Shown here: in pieces, positions 47,091-61,084 of the stretch
Numbering within the stretch: position 1 is the stretch's first letter
Layout: each line of letters starts with the position of its first letter
Source of the DNA: Marsupella aquatica
Lineage: Eukaryota; Plantae; Marchantiophyta
DNA length: 64,000 nt
Reading direction: 5' to 3'
Assembly (NCBI GenBank): GCA_973895155.1
Contig: OZ316897.1
Location: forward strand, 13,825,375-13,889,374
Translations under genes and position numbers: made by a program
Notes under the pieces: generated by a model
What the model was told of the DNA's origin: nothing
The model's input: the letters and a program-made list of their open reading frames with translations, nothing else
The model's database searches: none

Positions 47091-50000
47091 CACGAGGTTG
47101 GGTACTTTGTAGCTCGTGGAGAAGAAATTGGAATACACCGTGAAGGCTACTTTGGTAGCCAGCTAGCACTACTGTAGGAAGATACGTCTTTCCTGGATTG
47201 CTTGTGCGCAAGTGAAATCATTCAGTCTGCAGGATAACATAGTCAACGGTGTTTAGAAGCCAACATAGTCCACGAGTTACTTGCATTTCATTCTTATCTT
47301 CCACTTGGACAGATTCCTGTGCCATCTGACGTACGAGCCTCTTGCATTGTCCATCTCCAGATTTGCAAGTTCACAGCCTTTGAGCCCGTTTTTCTCACGA
47401 TGATGGAAGCATTTAAACATGAGTCCTGTTGTAGCTGTTGATCATTCGCCCGAGTTCCTCCCGCACAACTGATGATTGCGAAAAGTGTGGCCGAAAACAC
47501 ATACGTAGCTAGAAATTCGTGCTCGATCTGGACGCTCTCTCGTTCATGTTCAGCTCAAACAAAAATGAAAGACATACAGAATTAGTCAGGGTCCTGCCTT
47601 TACACCAATGTATGTATTTACATGAAGCTATTTGTCTTGAATTGCCTCCATGCTACCTAGTGAGCACGCTGTAGGTGATTAGGTGAAGACCAATGTATTC
47701 AAACACACTTCTAGAGAAAGAGCCCTAGCGTTCCTTCCTTTGTACCATTTTAAAGTCTGCCGTCGCCTTTTGTTTTAGGCCAAATCTCTAGCCAGTTCGA
47801 ATAGTTTCGGTGCATTAAGCTGATTGAGCCAGTTCGACCTACCGCAAATTTCAACGAAATCATACCGAGGCTGTGATGACGTTAAGATTCAATTCAAGGA
47901 GAATTCAAATCGAGCCAATTCGATTCTTGATCGTGAAGAGCGACGAACAAGGCCAAAAGAGTTTATAGATGGTGATCATAAATTATGCACATAGTAATCG
48001 TGTCACTCAGCATCTCGATCCATCCAGGTCTGCACGCAAGAACTCGCTAAGGAATTCCTACGATAGCTCAGGATAATAACGACCTGATTAGACGTGATGA
48101 ATCAGGTCGTCATTACCCTGAGCCATTCATGCTCGAAATTTCGAGCGACGAAATTTTCGCGAAGCTTTTATCGAGTTCCTTTACCCGGTGGATACATTTG
48201 TTTGAGCTCGAAATTCTTCATGTACTCGAGCTTTGTGCGCAAACAAGTTCAAGATCGAAATGAAAGGAATCTTTGGCGAATTGACAGGAGAAGAATCTCA
48301 GGTTTTGATAGAAGTTCGAAATAAGTAGCAATGACGTCGTGGGCTTGAGTATTAGGGTTTGGTGTACGTATAATTTCGTTGAGGTCGGACGAGATCATCA
48401 CCATTCTACGCAGGATTTCGTAATCTGGACAAGTTGACATTGCAAGAAACCGACTCTTGAGCGAGATTAGTTTATGTACGGGCTATGAAACCCTATATCG
48501 ATGTGATCGAGTCGTAAACATTCAATATCGATGTTACTGTATACTGCGTAAGAACATCCGCGGCAAGTAACCTCGCCGGAGCTCCTCAAAGTCTCGAAGA
48601 TGAGGGGCAATAGAGTTGGCAATCCTGCGGCTCAATGGACGACAGGTCCACACTTGTCTTCATGATCGAGTACGAAGAAAACGATGGCGTGAAAGCCCGC
48701 TCGGAAGAAGTAATCTCGTACATGCTGTGGACTCAGAATGACTGTCAAAGCATAAATCCTGGCCATTCTCAGATCAGTCAGTTTAGGTCAAGTTAAATTG
48801 ACATGCAGCAGTCAATCTTGCGGGGGGGTCCGCATAGCTGTGAGGCAGACTCGTTATATGTGACACCTTACCAAGATTACATCTGACCGTCACATTGATA
48901 CGTCGACGCAATTGGAAGAAGTCCACTAGAGTCCTTGTTTAAACCCTGATATCCGATCCAACCTCTCCTCGTCAAGCAGAATCTAGAACATATGAATCAT
49001 GATACGAACCCGTACGTCAAAAGAATTACGCCCCTCAGAACTCTAGTAGGCGCAAAACTCTCGGGCCCAATCTGAGATTTGGTAGAATATACAAGTAGGC
49101 CAGAAACAACTTAAATAAGAAAAGGACCTAGTTCAAGACTACGATTCAAGACCAGGCCGCGTCAAAAACAATTTCACGCGGATGCCTTAAAACCCCGCCG
49201 CTCGAGATCCGAGACCGTCAGTAGACATGTACTGGACTGATTTGCGGCATTGTACCCAAAGTAGGAACTGTCAACAAAGAAAACGCGAATTCGAGCCGGG
49301 ACTCACAGAACATTATTTCACGATACTTCTCGAACCTAAGCGCAAACAGGCACCGTCCTCAACTATGGTGTTAAGCCAAATGACCCCGAATTCTCTTCCA
49401 GCCTAGCGATTGGAGGAATACAAATATTTCTAATCCTTGTGAAGCAAGTCTGAAAACGAAACAAATTAAGTTCTGTGTGCAACTCTACATCGAAAGTACT
49501 GCAATCAAGTTAATTGCACCAGTGGCAGTGCTTTTCGATCATTCCCAAAGGATACTTAGATGGACGCTGAACACTGATCATGAAAGAAACTGCGGGTTGA
49601 ATTATAGGCTCCTTACAATTACAAAGTTCCGATACATGCTCAGACGAGCAAGTCTTCCAGCTAACTTCTCACTAGTTTGGAACATATCAATCCCTGGCTG
49701 ATCTGGCTTGATAACCGTACCTGTCAACCGACGAAGGATATCAAAACTTGGCTTTGAAATTCGCATACTTCGTGCGAATGGTTTCTCTCATCCTCGATTA
49801 TTTCACACTGGGAACTGAATACATGGCGTAGATGAATGCCGCTAAAAATTGTGACTACGCCGCTTATATTTAAAACTAAGCTATAAAGAATGTAAATACA
49901 ATCATTGCTTGGCGAGACTTGCCATAAGCTCGCCCGCACCTTGTATGAAACCTAAGAGCAGTAGAGAAATACAAAGCGTAGAATGAGGCCAACTACTATT

Positions 50001-51044
50001 CGACCGGAGCTTGAGCCAAAGCACAGCCAATACTCTCCAGGGTAATTTCCAAATCGTAACTCCAGACTGTTCGACTTCTGCAATCAAGTGGCAGCTTGGT
50101 ATTCTGACCAATCTCGCTCGTCAGGACCGACTACTGATCTAGCAATGATCGATTTAACTAGATCTGCGATGTTTTAAATTTAGGTACGCAGCTAGTCCAA
50201 GATCTGTACATACCTATCTACCCCAAAGAGCGCCATAGGACTCCTGCCAGCAATGATCACTCAATGATGCATTTGACCTCAAATTCAAGCAGTGTACTAA
50301 GCTGGAGAAAGGACCCCAAAGCTAGTGGAATCGAAACCTTTGTAGCTCAAACATCAATTCAACGCAAGATGGAGAGACCCTTGCTTACAACGCGTGCGCA
50401 GCTAAAGCAGCTAGTGATCGCAACCTGCTCCAAGCAAGTATTTTACAGGTCATCGGCATCCTGCAGATACTCAAGCTAGCTCAACACCTGGGCAGATCAT
50501 ATGTAGTACATTCAGAAGGGCCACACCACGCTAATAGCTGACTCGAACTCCAGATTTTCTAGTACAAACCAGACGCGTGAATGTGATCCAACGTTTCTCA
50601 GCAGCTGCGCATGCCAATCCGAAACTCAGTCGTCGAGTATTTCGATCCGATCCATCCTGATAGAGATGCACAACCATCTGGACATAAGGAGTGCGCCAGT
50701 GAGACACAAGATGGAAAGTCCCTTGATCGAGATCGCGATCGATTTGAACCTGCAGTGGGCTCCAACTCAGATAACAGACTAGTAACAAACGCCGTGCCAA
50801 TCGTAGTCCAGTCGACGTTGCAAACAGAAGCCATCGATGCTTATCCACACGCACCTCACTTGTCATTAGCTCGTGCTTGTCGACGACCAAAACAAAACTG
50901 TTGCCAAAACCTCCTGACCATGATCACGGCTGGTATGCGTGCCTGCTACGGACTCTCAAGGCCTGGGCAAACGAGGCTAGAGCTGTACGTTAACCTTCAA
51001 CTAGCGTTGACCAGCTCTATCGATCAATACTGTATGTTGGGTGC

Positions 51045-52157
51045 CTACTGGCTGTAGAGAGTTCCCAGAGCCCACCCCGCTGCAGCAGCCCGTCGCCCTG
51101 GTAAATCGTCAAGAAACGAGTGAAAGCTCAAGGGAGGCCGAAAGCTAGACATCGCAGTGGCTGCTGGCTTAATGAGAGGGTTGCTGTTCGGGCTGTAAGC
51201 ATTCAACGGGTGCGGATCTGGCGTAGGAGCGACTGTGTACTCGTGCATATCAAAAGACGTCATAGCATCGTTTGACGCATGTTGGTCGTAAGCTTGTTGA
51301 ATGTGAGCTTGTGGGACTTGTTGCATTCCTGGAAGAAGGGAAGTTTGTTGGTGTTGTTGCAATTGTTGCCGATCCTGTTGATTTTCTGCAGAGCTCGAAG
51401 AGTTCGACAGATTGGACGTGCTGGCACCGTGCAATGTTACAGTAGAGTTCATAGGAGGAGAGCATTTCCGCTTTTTCTTCCCGTACGCAACCCCTCGAGC
51501 TTTCGCCTGCATTTCGCGCACTTCTCTGAGATATAGACGGACGAGTCGAGCTCCGAATGGGTTGGACTCAGGTTTTCCTCCGTGCTCTTCGAATGCAGCT
51601 CGGAGACGCCCTATCAGCGCATCGAGAGAACCCCAGGCCTGGCGCAGTGGGCACCGGCAAGGGTTGGGAGGGTTGGGAACTCCATAGAAGCTACACGAAG
51701 GGAGGTGCACTTTGGTCTTGCCAAATTGATCCAGGTACCTGAGGAACTCGAGAACATTTGCGCCACTGCACTGATGAAGCTCCAGTCGATGATTTTTGAG
51801 ATACAGCCTAAAGGTGTTCCAGTCTCGCCGTTTCTGGGACTCGTACCGGCTGGGTGTTGTGCAGACGCTGTTGGCACGCTGATCGTTCTCGCTGCTGGCT
51901 TGCAGATCTTGACCTACTTCAGACTGCTCGGAGGGCGTCGACATCCCTTGACGTTGCTCGTTGTGAACAATCCCACCGTTACTATTGTCCACGTTGTTAT
52001 GATGAGATTCGCCTCCACCTTCCGCTTCGTGCAGATCTGTGAAAAGCATGGTTCGGAGCTTCTCCATTCGGGCATCTTCTGTGAGAAGAGGCCAGGCAGG
52101 ATTACTCATAACCCGGACGCCTGCCGGAGGTTCGCTAGTCGTGAATAGGGACTCCAT
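51045..52157 (-). CDS. ALOG-family (LSH/G1, DUF640) transcription factor, 370 aa, single coding exon
   Basis: [43 protein letters not shown]..........[49 protein letters not shown] and the KKKRK NLS, followed by a Q-rich C-terminus. Confidence 0.97.
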   Translation of the reverse strand: MESLFTTSEPPAGVRVMSNPAWPLLTEDARMEKLRTMLFTDLHEAEGGGESHHNNVDNSNGGIVHNEQRQGMSTPSEQSEVGQDLQASSENDQRANSVCTTPSRYESQKRRDWNTFRLYLKNHRLELHQCSGANVLEFLRYLDQFGKTKVHLPSCSFYGVPNPPNPCRCPLRQAWGSLDALIGRLRAAFEEHGGKPESNPFGARLVRLYLREVREMQAKARGVAYGKKKRKCSPPMNSTVTLHGASTSNLSNSSSSAENQQDRQQLQQHQQTSLLPGMQQVPQAHIQQAYDQHASNDAMTSFDMHEYTVAPTPDPHPLNAYSPNSNPLIKPAATAMSSFRPPLSFHSFLDDLPGRRAAAAGWALGTLYSQ

Positions 52158-52863
52158 GGGTGGCTTAAACCTTTAAAACTACAGAACCACTACTGTGTGA
52201 GCAGTGCGACCCACAGACCAACCTGCCAACAACGTTCCAACCTAGCCTTAGTGGAAAGTTTTGATTCAATTGCGGTTCACCGAGAAAGATGTCGCCGCCG
52301 TTATCACCTGTGTACACAATCAGAAGTATACCTATCTAGAGCACTCGTCGAAATCACCTCGAAGTCTTTCCGCAGCGATTTCTGATCATCAGCTGTAGAT
52401 ATATGCCCCACAAAGATCACTGAGCCTTGCACTTGCATCGTCGGGTTTACGAGGAGTATGGACTCATCAGAAGCGCAATCCCTGTTGTTCCTGGAGCAGC
52501 AACCATCACTCGATATGCATCCGTGCGCATCCACGGGAAGTTTTCAGACCGACTGATGATGATGAGACTTCTGAACTAACTGCTCTTGCAATCCAGTGCT
52601 TACGCGCCCATGCAACTCAAAAATCGCACGATCGAGCAAAGTAAACCCCCAAAAGCTCTAGCAAGCTACTAGCCAAACGTTGTGGCCGAGGACTTTGATC
52701 GATTTTGTTGTCCAAGTGATACCAGGCCTACGGTAAAGCTACGATACTCCTCCCTCCTCCTACCCTCCACCTCTTCCTGTAGGCTGTAGCAATAGGCTGA
52801 AAGAATGTGTCCAGAGCAGAACGCAGCTCCCAGCAAATGGCTGTTCTAATCCACCTGTGGAGA

Positions 52864-52871
52864 TTTTTATA
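52864..52871 (-). promoter_or_regulatory. Candidate TATA box for the ALOG gene
   Basis: TATAAAAA on the minus strand about 700 bp upstream of the ATG, followed by a purine-rich leader. Confidence 0.4.
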
Positions 52872-55800
52872 CGGTACCTCTCGCGGACTTGTAGGATATG
52901 TTTTTAGTTTAGTAATTTACTGCCATGGTAGGCCTACCTTAGGCGGCTGCCTCCACCTAGACCTCACAAACACAAATTTGACCTTCGATCAGTCTGTTAT
53001 GGACCGAATGCGCTCCTTCGCGAGTCAAGAGAACTCGACAGGGCAGGTTAGAAATCCCCCATTATTTTGTCATCATGCACTGCTTCCCCCCGATCGACGG
53101 CAATGCGTTGACCCTACAGACGAGCAGATCGAGGCCGTAGATCCTGGACAAACCTCAATTTGATGCTCTCCCTCCCATTCATTCATTCATTCCAGACTTA
53201 GTAACTCAGTGCTCTTGAGTTAATGAGCGAGTTCTGTAACTGTGTTGGTGTAAGAGAATTTGTGCCAGGGTTCTTGGTCACACGTCATTAATGGGAGGGA
53301 TGACCATTTCATCATGTCACAGCCTCCCGAGGTGAGCTCACCACCAATCACTTTTTGCTCACTCCACTTGAGATGTCTCCATATCCCACTCGATTGTGGA
53401 AAGCAGCCATGATTGTCAACAAGCTTCCCTACACGGCCCAAACTCGAACTTACACCATGCTGTCAGAATGATGCTCATCGGACTAATCAACTTGAGACTA
53501 AGATCTTGGATTTAATATGTTTGGCTCAAGCATTTTTTTATGTCTTAATCTAACCACATAATTGATTTACTCTGTGTTTGGCTAAAGCTTTCTTTACTGA
53601 GCCACAATGTAACTACACAACTGGTGCTTAATAGTTACTCTTCAGGGCCCAGGGTAGCGTCCAGAGTGAAGCCTCTAGCCAGTGAATCTATTGTAAGGGC
53701 CTAACTGAGTAGGGTAGGGTAAGGTACGCTAGGGTGGGGTAGTTTCTGAAAATATGTGGCGGGCATGAATGTCTTCCCCTCTGTTTCCCTTCTAGTGATA
53801 CTCATAAACCTGAGTTAGATAGTTAGATTTTGTAATTAGTGCTAGGGTTAGCTACTGAAAATGGCATACAAACGTCTGAACCTCTGTTTTAGGGTCAAAG
53901 AACTGGCACTCAGGCTAGTAAGATTCATCAACCTGAGTTAGTTACTGATCTTGTAATTAGTCTGTGTTTTTGCTTTTAATGTAGCATTTTTTAATCTGGC
54001 CCTTATTCCATTATGATAGAGGACAGCCAAAAGTGAATGAGTTGAAACAGAGGCACATTGCAATCGGATGTCATGATTATGTTCTTTCCTCTCTCAGCAG
54101 AGAACAGGCAGCCCACTCCCCAGAGCCTTTTAGTATCTATTCTTTCCTTTAAACAATAGATAGAATTATAATATAATTAATGACTACTATAGTAGACGCC
54201 AGGTAAGTTTAAGAACTCAATGTCATGCTACCAGAGCACAACCCATCTTTTCCACAAGCCTAAAGGGAGTTTGTCGTTTTCCTCTTTAGGGCTTAACGGG
54301 AAAAGCAGTCCAGGTTTTAAAATACATATTTTAATCAGAACTTTGTGGTTTGTCGAAGAGCTGAATTCGATGAAGGACACACCGTTCAATTTGGTCAAAA
54401 TGCATTAACAAGTTCAGTGCTTGCCATCCATTTCATTTGCATTTCCAGTCCTTGCCCACCAGTGTTTCCTTTTGTGGTTGGGCTGGTGGCACTTATGGGC
54501 AATTGAAAAGCATTCTATTAGCATAACTTGTGTACTTGACTTGTACAAGCACATTAAAACTATTAAATCTATGCAAGGTTAGATCTGGACTGTTGATTTT
54601 GAAGAATAGGTTACTAACACTTTTGAAAGCCCTTTACACCAACAAATGGGAAATTTTGCACGGGAAGGAAATACCTTTGCCCACCATGGCTACTCACTCA
54701 CACAGCTGGTCACAAGCCAGGCGTTTGTATTAGTGGCAAATTTTGCTAAATTTCACCCCTCTAAAAAGTCTTCACCAGTTTTGGCAAGGATTGGCCAAGT
54801 TTATTTTTTCTACAATTAGCCACAGGCCACCTAAACACAGACCTGATTATTGGGAATCGACCAGTTGACGTTATATCTAGGGGGATCTGAAAGTTAAAAA
54901 TTTATGTAGGAAATTTATGTAGATAAGTAGCATTTCTAGCATATTCTCGATCACACAAGATGACATTTGAAAGAAAAGGAATAAACCTTACCAATGAAGC
55001 TTATGATTACTCATTTACACATCAGGTCACACACATTTTCAAATCCCATGTGCAAGAATCCAAGTGGGCTGCATGGCATTTCCCTGCAAGCCCCTTTATA
55101 TTTATGATGATAGTTTTTTATGACTCGCTGGCCTGCTGGGAATAAATTGAGGTGTAGTTAATGCACCACGACATGGTTCCAAGTGCAAGTGCCCTACTGC
55201 CCTGGTTCAATGCAGGACCCACCTCCAGTGTCCACATTAATTTAAATCCTCCAGAGGTGTATTATAATATTGGTGGTGAGTGGGAGGGTGACCGGAAACA
55301 AGGTCCCCTCCCGAGGTTTTCCATGTGGCACGGCAAAATAAGAGCAGATTCCTCCTATCGAAGGCCTATACCATGCTAAAAATAAATCCCAGCTAGGTGC
55401 TGCTGCACTGTTTCCCGGTTTTCGAGTTCACAGCACTTCTTTCTTTTTTGTTTTGTTTTGTTCTTCAGTGCTCTTTTTATATATCTTTTACTTCTCTACT
55501 CTACTGCTTGGTGAAAGCCAGAATTACACTGCAGCTCAGCCTGTTCTTTTTGGTGGCCAGAAATAGATTATTTAGCCAAATTCTACCTCACTCAAAAGTC
55601 TTGGTCATTTTTAGCGAAAACTAGGGGGTTTTATGTCTTTGATTAGCCAGTTCGTCACCTACCCATAGACCCCATTAGTCAAAATCTGACGGTTATTAAT
55701 CTACGGAGATCTCACAGTCAGAAATAATCTTGGAAATTTGTATAAGGAATGGTCCTAGTATTTCCATAAGTGACGTTTGAGAGCAAACAACAACAAAACA

Positions 55801-57281
55801 ACTCCCCTGCTACAGCTCCACCACGAGAGGAAGGGATGAGTGCCAGGTGGCAGTACATGTTGTAATTGTAATTAGCTTTGCACTAAAAACCATCAACCAG
55901 TGCAAAAATGTGACGTTCCAAAAATGGTGGCTGGAAAATGTGGGGGCTTTTGGGGGCCATGGGAATTGTAGAAATTAAATTCTGGACACATTAGCCTGAA
56001 AAAATTAGTAGAACACAAAATGCACCAAATGGCATGTTTTATTGAAACAGGCCACAAACACAGCTCTGGGGCACCTTTTGGCTAGGTATCCGCATAGTGC
56101 CCAAAAAATCTACAGGGAGACTAGCTGAGAAGAAAAATGTGTGGTGAGAACAGTGAACAGTTTTGGCCAGGAAAAATTAGCATTCCCACTTGCAAAGTCT
56201 GCAAGCAAATTAGAATAAATTTTCAATGTCAAAGATTGTGAACCAAGTTACTAGTAAGGTACCTCCATTCTCCACAGTGAGTGTTGACATATAATGAGTG
56301 TGAGTGGAAATTCTATTAGAATTTTCTATCAACATCTATTGTTCATTTTACTTGGTATAGTGATATTTAGGCTATGCTTGTGACAAGGGGCCAGAACTCT
56401 GGGTAAAGGAAGCCCTTCCTAGGCATACACACTTTATTCATGGGAAATTGGGCTCACCTAGAGTAGATCAAATCTTAAATGCTAGGGTCAAGAATTTTCG
56501 TGCAGAATTCGGGAAAGCCACCTTTTTCAGATGGGCAAAACTTCAGTCTAAAATGCAGGTACTGCTTGGTTTGGTAACACTAATTCATGAGTTTAGTTGA
56601 AATTTTTCTTCACCAAAATTAGTGTAAGTGACACTAACTTCAATGAACAGGATAAAGAGGGAGATTGTAAACTCCCATCTTTCCTCCCTGCTGCCGCTCA
56701 ATGATTTCGTTGAACACAATTTTTGTGATTAATTAAACCCAAAGTAAGAACAAAAGCCTGAAATCCTGGGACACAGAGCCCCAACAATTAAAGATGCCAC
56801 AACCCACAATTGGAACAAAAGGAGGACCCTGGAAAGCGTAACGCCATTGAATGAAGACAACCCCATCTTTGCTGAGCTTGGCTCAAAGGCCATTTAAACA
56901 AAACAAACAACCCACCAGTTTTCATTTTAAATTTACTTTTAACGTAATGCCATCAGCCAAACCACATGGCGTATGAGGCTGAAATTTTGGACAGCCTAGC
57001 AAGACTTGACATTGACCACCAATTTGGGGAAGTGGAGCTAATATGGATGTCTTGCAAGTCAACTCTCTCTAGACAAGAAAGCTAATTATGGAAGTTGTTA
57101 CACATTTTACTCTTTGGTCTAGAGTTAGTACTACAGACACACAAGGCACCATTATTAGGCTAACCTTAGTTGTGGATTTAACTAGGTTAGTTGTGGTGCA
57201 TACTATATACACAAGTGGTTGGTTGCTTGTTACGAGAAACTCAGGCCTTTCACAGAGCCAGTTGAGAGATACGGAGAGTTT

Positions 57282-57397
57282 ATGTTATATACTCAGTGAA
57301 ATAAAACTCTCGTGCCTAGAGTGCAATAAAATTCAGTAGTTTGTGTTATATACTCAGTGAAATAAAACTCTCGTGCCTAGAGTGCAATAAAATTCAG
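57282..57397. repeat. Near-exact tandem duplication, about 60 bp
   Basis: TGTTATATACTCAGTGAAATAAAACTCTCGTGCCTAGAGTGCAATAAAATTCAGT occurs twice. Confidence 0.88.
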
Positions 57398-59749
57398 TTG
57401 TGTGTTCCTATGGACTTAGTTTGATTTGGTTTCAAGTGAAGTGAACCATGTATATCTCTCCTGATTTCTCTGTGACTGTCAATTACTTGTTTGATGAATG
57501 TTCATGTGCATGCCCCCGGGCATGCCATTGTGAATGTTGTCTTTGTTCAGCAAAAATAACCACATTGGGAGTTGTTGGTCAAGGACCTGTAATTGATAGT
57601 TGATTTACCCCTTGGATCCATGGTGTGAGACCCAAAAGAGATTGATTTCTCTTAGTGCTACCAGACCCATCGCAAGGCTAGAGGCTAAGGATATAAAACA
57701 AAGGGTTACCTTGGAAGGGGACTGTGCACAACAGGAGCTTTGCTCACATATCACACTGCCAAATAACAAAATATGCCAAATTGGAGACAAGAGCCACAAG
57801 GCAGTAGACCCAATCTAGTGGAGAAAACAAGGAAGAGTTGGGGGAAGAGGAGCTTGCTTGACCTTTTGTGAATTGCAGCCACATACCAGAGTCTAAGTGA
57901 GATCCATTTTGTGCAAAGATCTGGTAGGTGTTGGTGACGGCCAATGAGCCTGATCTCTTAACCGGAAGGCAAAACAGTCTTGTGGCCACCCAATTTACTA
58001 TGCATTCAATTAGCTGTTGGCAAATGCCACTGTTCACCGTTGTAAAACAAGCTTCTTCTCAGTAGCAAAAATTGGGGAAAAATTTGGATGTATTGATTAT
58101 CACCTTGCTATAATAAAGTTAGCTAAGATTTGAGAGCTTGAAATTGAAACTACACACTAACCATATCCATGTCCAAGTGTCAAAACCCCTCCAGTTATGA
58201 GTTGATGGTACCACATTCAGACACTCCCATCAGTTGGAACCTTTGTACAGCAAGGCCATTGAGATGACTCAGTAGGGCTACCAAGTCAGAAATGTGACTT
58301 AGCAAGTGGATTTTCTCTATAAATTTTCACTCTATGAGGCTGCTGAGTCAAAAGTAGTAGATCTAATAGAACCATATATAACCATGTCCTGCAAGATACG
58401 GGGGTATTTGGTTGGGGCCAAGAGAGGTTCACCTATGCTTTGCCTAAAATAAGAACAAAATCCTAGTCTACTGCCTATCGCAGACCCATTGCTAGACCCC
58501 TTTAGTCCAAGAAGACTCCTTGACAAAGGTTGTCATAAGTGGTTGTTAGTAGCTCTATCGTGAGCTCCTTGTTGACTTGAACACAATGCTTGTTTCGCAT
58601 CACCAACAGCGTCACAGGCCAAGAGTTATGATCCTGACTAGATACGGTTTGGGGGCCTAAGAGATGAGACCAAAGCTCCAAGGGCGGCAGGTCCCCAAAA
58701 CATGTATAAAACAGAGTATATGTTCTAAGAATTCTCACACGCCATTAGTCGCAATCAGTTGAGATTGGTGGCTACTCCTGCCGAGCCACTTGAGGGACGA
58801 GTATAGCACACAAGCACTGATGCTCTCAAGTGGAGCATACTAGGGGAAGCTGGTTGGCTTCCGACTTCAGCCTGTACACCCCAGAGTGGGTGCTCCCAAT
58901 GTACACTTTTGCAGCACAACGGTGGGGCTATGGACAGCGGACCGTAGCTTGATATATGCAGGATATTGCAAGGAGCTAGTGGGTATGTTGTGTAATGGGT
59001 GATGAGGGCTACGAGAAAGGGAGTACCTGGGGCTTTAGGTTGTGGCGCTACAATTGGTATAACAACCAGTGTGATGATAGATCGGGTGATAGTTTTGGCA
59101 AAACTTTGGCCTAAGTCTAGACAAATAGTCAGTGAAAACTATGTTGGAACCTAGTAGGAAAGATTTGGGTAGCCATGGAGTATAGAAACAATTTAAAACA
59201 CAATGGCAAGAGAAAAACAATTGTCTAACATCACAAAAATCATTTTGGGTCATTTTTATGTTTATGTAATGTAGAATAGATTAGTATAAATTTTGCATTT
59301 GTTTGATGTCATTTCTATGAAACCCGATCAATAACTTTCACCTAAAACACTGGATATACAATCACATGGACCTTAAAGAGATATTTATCTAATGCAAAAA
59401 GGTCCATTACCTGCCCCATCACCTGCAACATCTTTCAGCCCTCACCCTTAGAATGTAGAGAAAAACTTATTGAAAAGTTCAATCTTTGCATATTGACAAA
59501 CGATGCATGTCTACATTGTAGTCTGTGATAGATGAGTATCTGAAGAAAGTGAAAAGACCTAGCAAGTACTGGGGGTGATGGAAAGGGTATATTCAATTTT
59601 GTGCGCACCTTAATTGGATCCTATAGGGTTCCTCAAGTTGCACAGTTATTGGTTGCTCTCGTTTGGATCGTGACAATGATGATTATGACTCTTGGGCGGG
59701 CTCTCGGGGGCCTCACTCCAAGGGAGATCCATATCACGCACAATATTTT

Positions 59750-60190
59750 TGGATAACCAAATATGTTAGGGATATTGCCAAATTGTGTATTTAAATCCCA
59801 TTCTAGCTTATAATTCTCAAAATCAGATTAAAACAACCCCCGAGGTCCTCACTTCTTTTCTTCCAACCCATCACGCGCGAAGGAATATATAGGTTTTTTA
59901 TTCAGTTTAGTGAAAGACTTTGAATTTTTGATAAAGAACATTAGGGTTGTTTTAATTCAGTTTTGAGAATTATAAGAATCATAGGGCTTTTAAAAACCAA
60001 ATATGGGAATATTCCAAGAATATTCCATTAAGCTAGGGGTAAAACATTTCTCAAAAAACTCTATTGACTTTGTTTTAGGGTGTTTATTCACCCAAAACTT
60101 TGCACTCAATATGGGACACCCCTTGGATTGACGCCCCCAAGAAACAACCCTAATGTTCTTTAACAAAACATTAAAAGTATTTTGCCCCAT
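59750..60190. mobile_element. AT-rich foldback/MITE-like element, related copies near 30170-30300 and 38150-38250
   Basis: The motif GGGTTGTTTTAAT...TTGAGAATTATAAGAA..ATAGGG occurs in both orientations (59808-59841 vs 59944-59976; 59927 vs 60143) and at two other loci. Confidence 0.55.
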
Positions 60191-61084
60191 CAAATCAACA
60201 AATATGGCGGCAAGAGAAGCAAGGTGTTTTTGATCTTAGTGCATAGATAGGCAAGGGCTCGGTACTAATTTCCAATTGCCATAATGGCTACCAGAAGCCA
60301 GATATAGGGTTCCACCCACCTAAAATAATCCAAAGCTTGCACCAGGGTTCCACCACAGTTGTTGCCATGGTCACTCACATGAGATCAACTACAGAAATTG
60401 TTGGAACCACATGGAATCCTATTTTCATATTGTGTTGACAAACCTTTTATAAACAAACATCGAAAGGTTATAATATAAGGATGTACCAAAAAATTACAGG
60501 TGGTCGTCATTCAAATTTGACATGCTATTTTGAGTGACAAAAATGAAAACCTGAAAAGTGGAAGTAATAAGTCAAAATTGAATCATGTTTGGTGTGGAAG
60601 GTTTACTAAGCAAAAAGAAAAAGCAAGAACCACTCGTGACCCTTTAACATCAAAATATTGGTGTTTTTACACCATCAGATCTATCCATACACTCCATCTA
60701 AACTAAATGTCTACCAAAGCTGCCCTTTAGCCGTTGTCATCTCCTTAGATGGATTTTTTTAATTAAAATTTAATGAAATGAATTAGATTCATTTGCATTT
60801 AATTTTTTTAAATCTAAACAACTGAGAAAAATCTTTGAAAATTTTGTAAAACTATTGAATATAAATAAAATATGGAAACTATTTACTACTCTGAAAATTC
60901 AAAACAAAAAATGCAATTGTTCTTGTCACTTGGTTGTGTTTGGACTCTATGATGTTGTGGCTGCTATCTTGCGTCTCCAATTTCTATGTTCAACGCACGG
61001 GTTATTGAACACAACCACAACAGCTACATGGTCACAATCACACATAACATGCCTCAACAACTACATTGCAAAGTTTATATGTTT

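Noticed and set aside
51250-52148. Several + strand and alternative-frame ORFs over the ALOG gene
   Set aside because: They are shadow ORFs of a GC-rich coding sequence.
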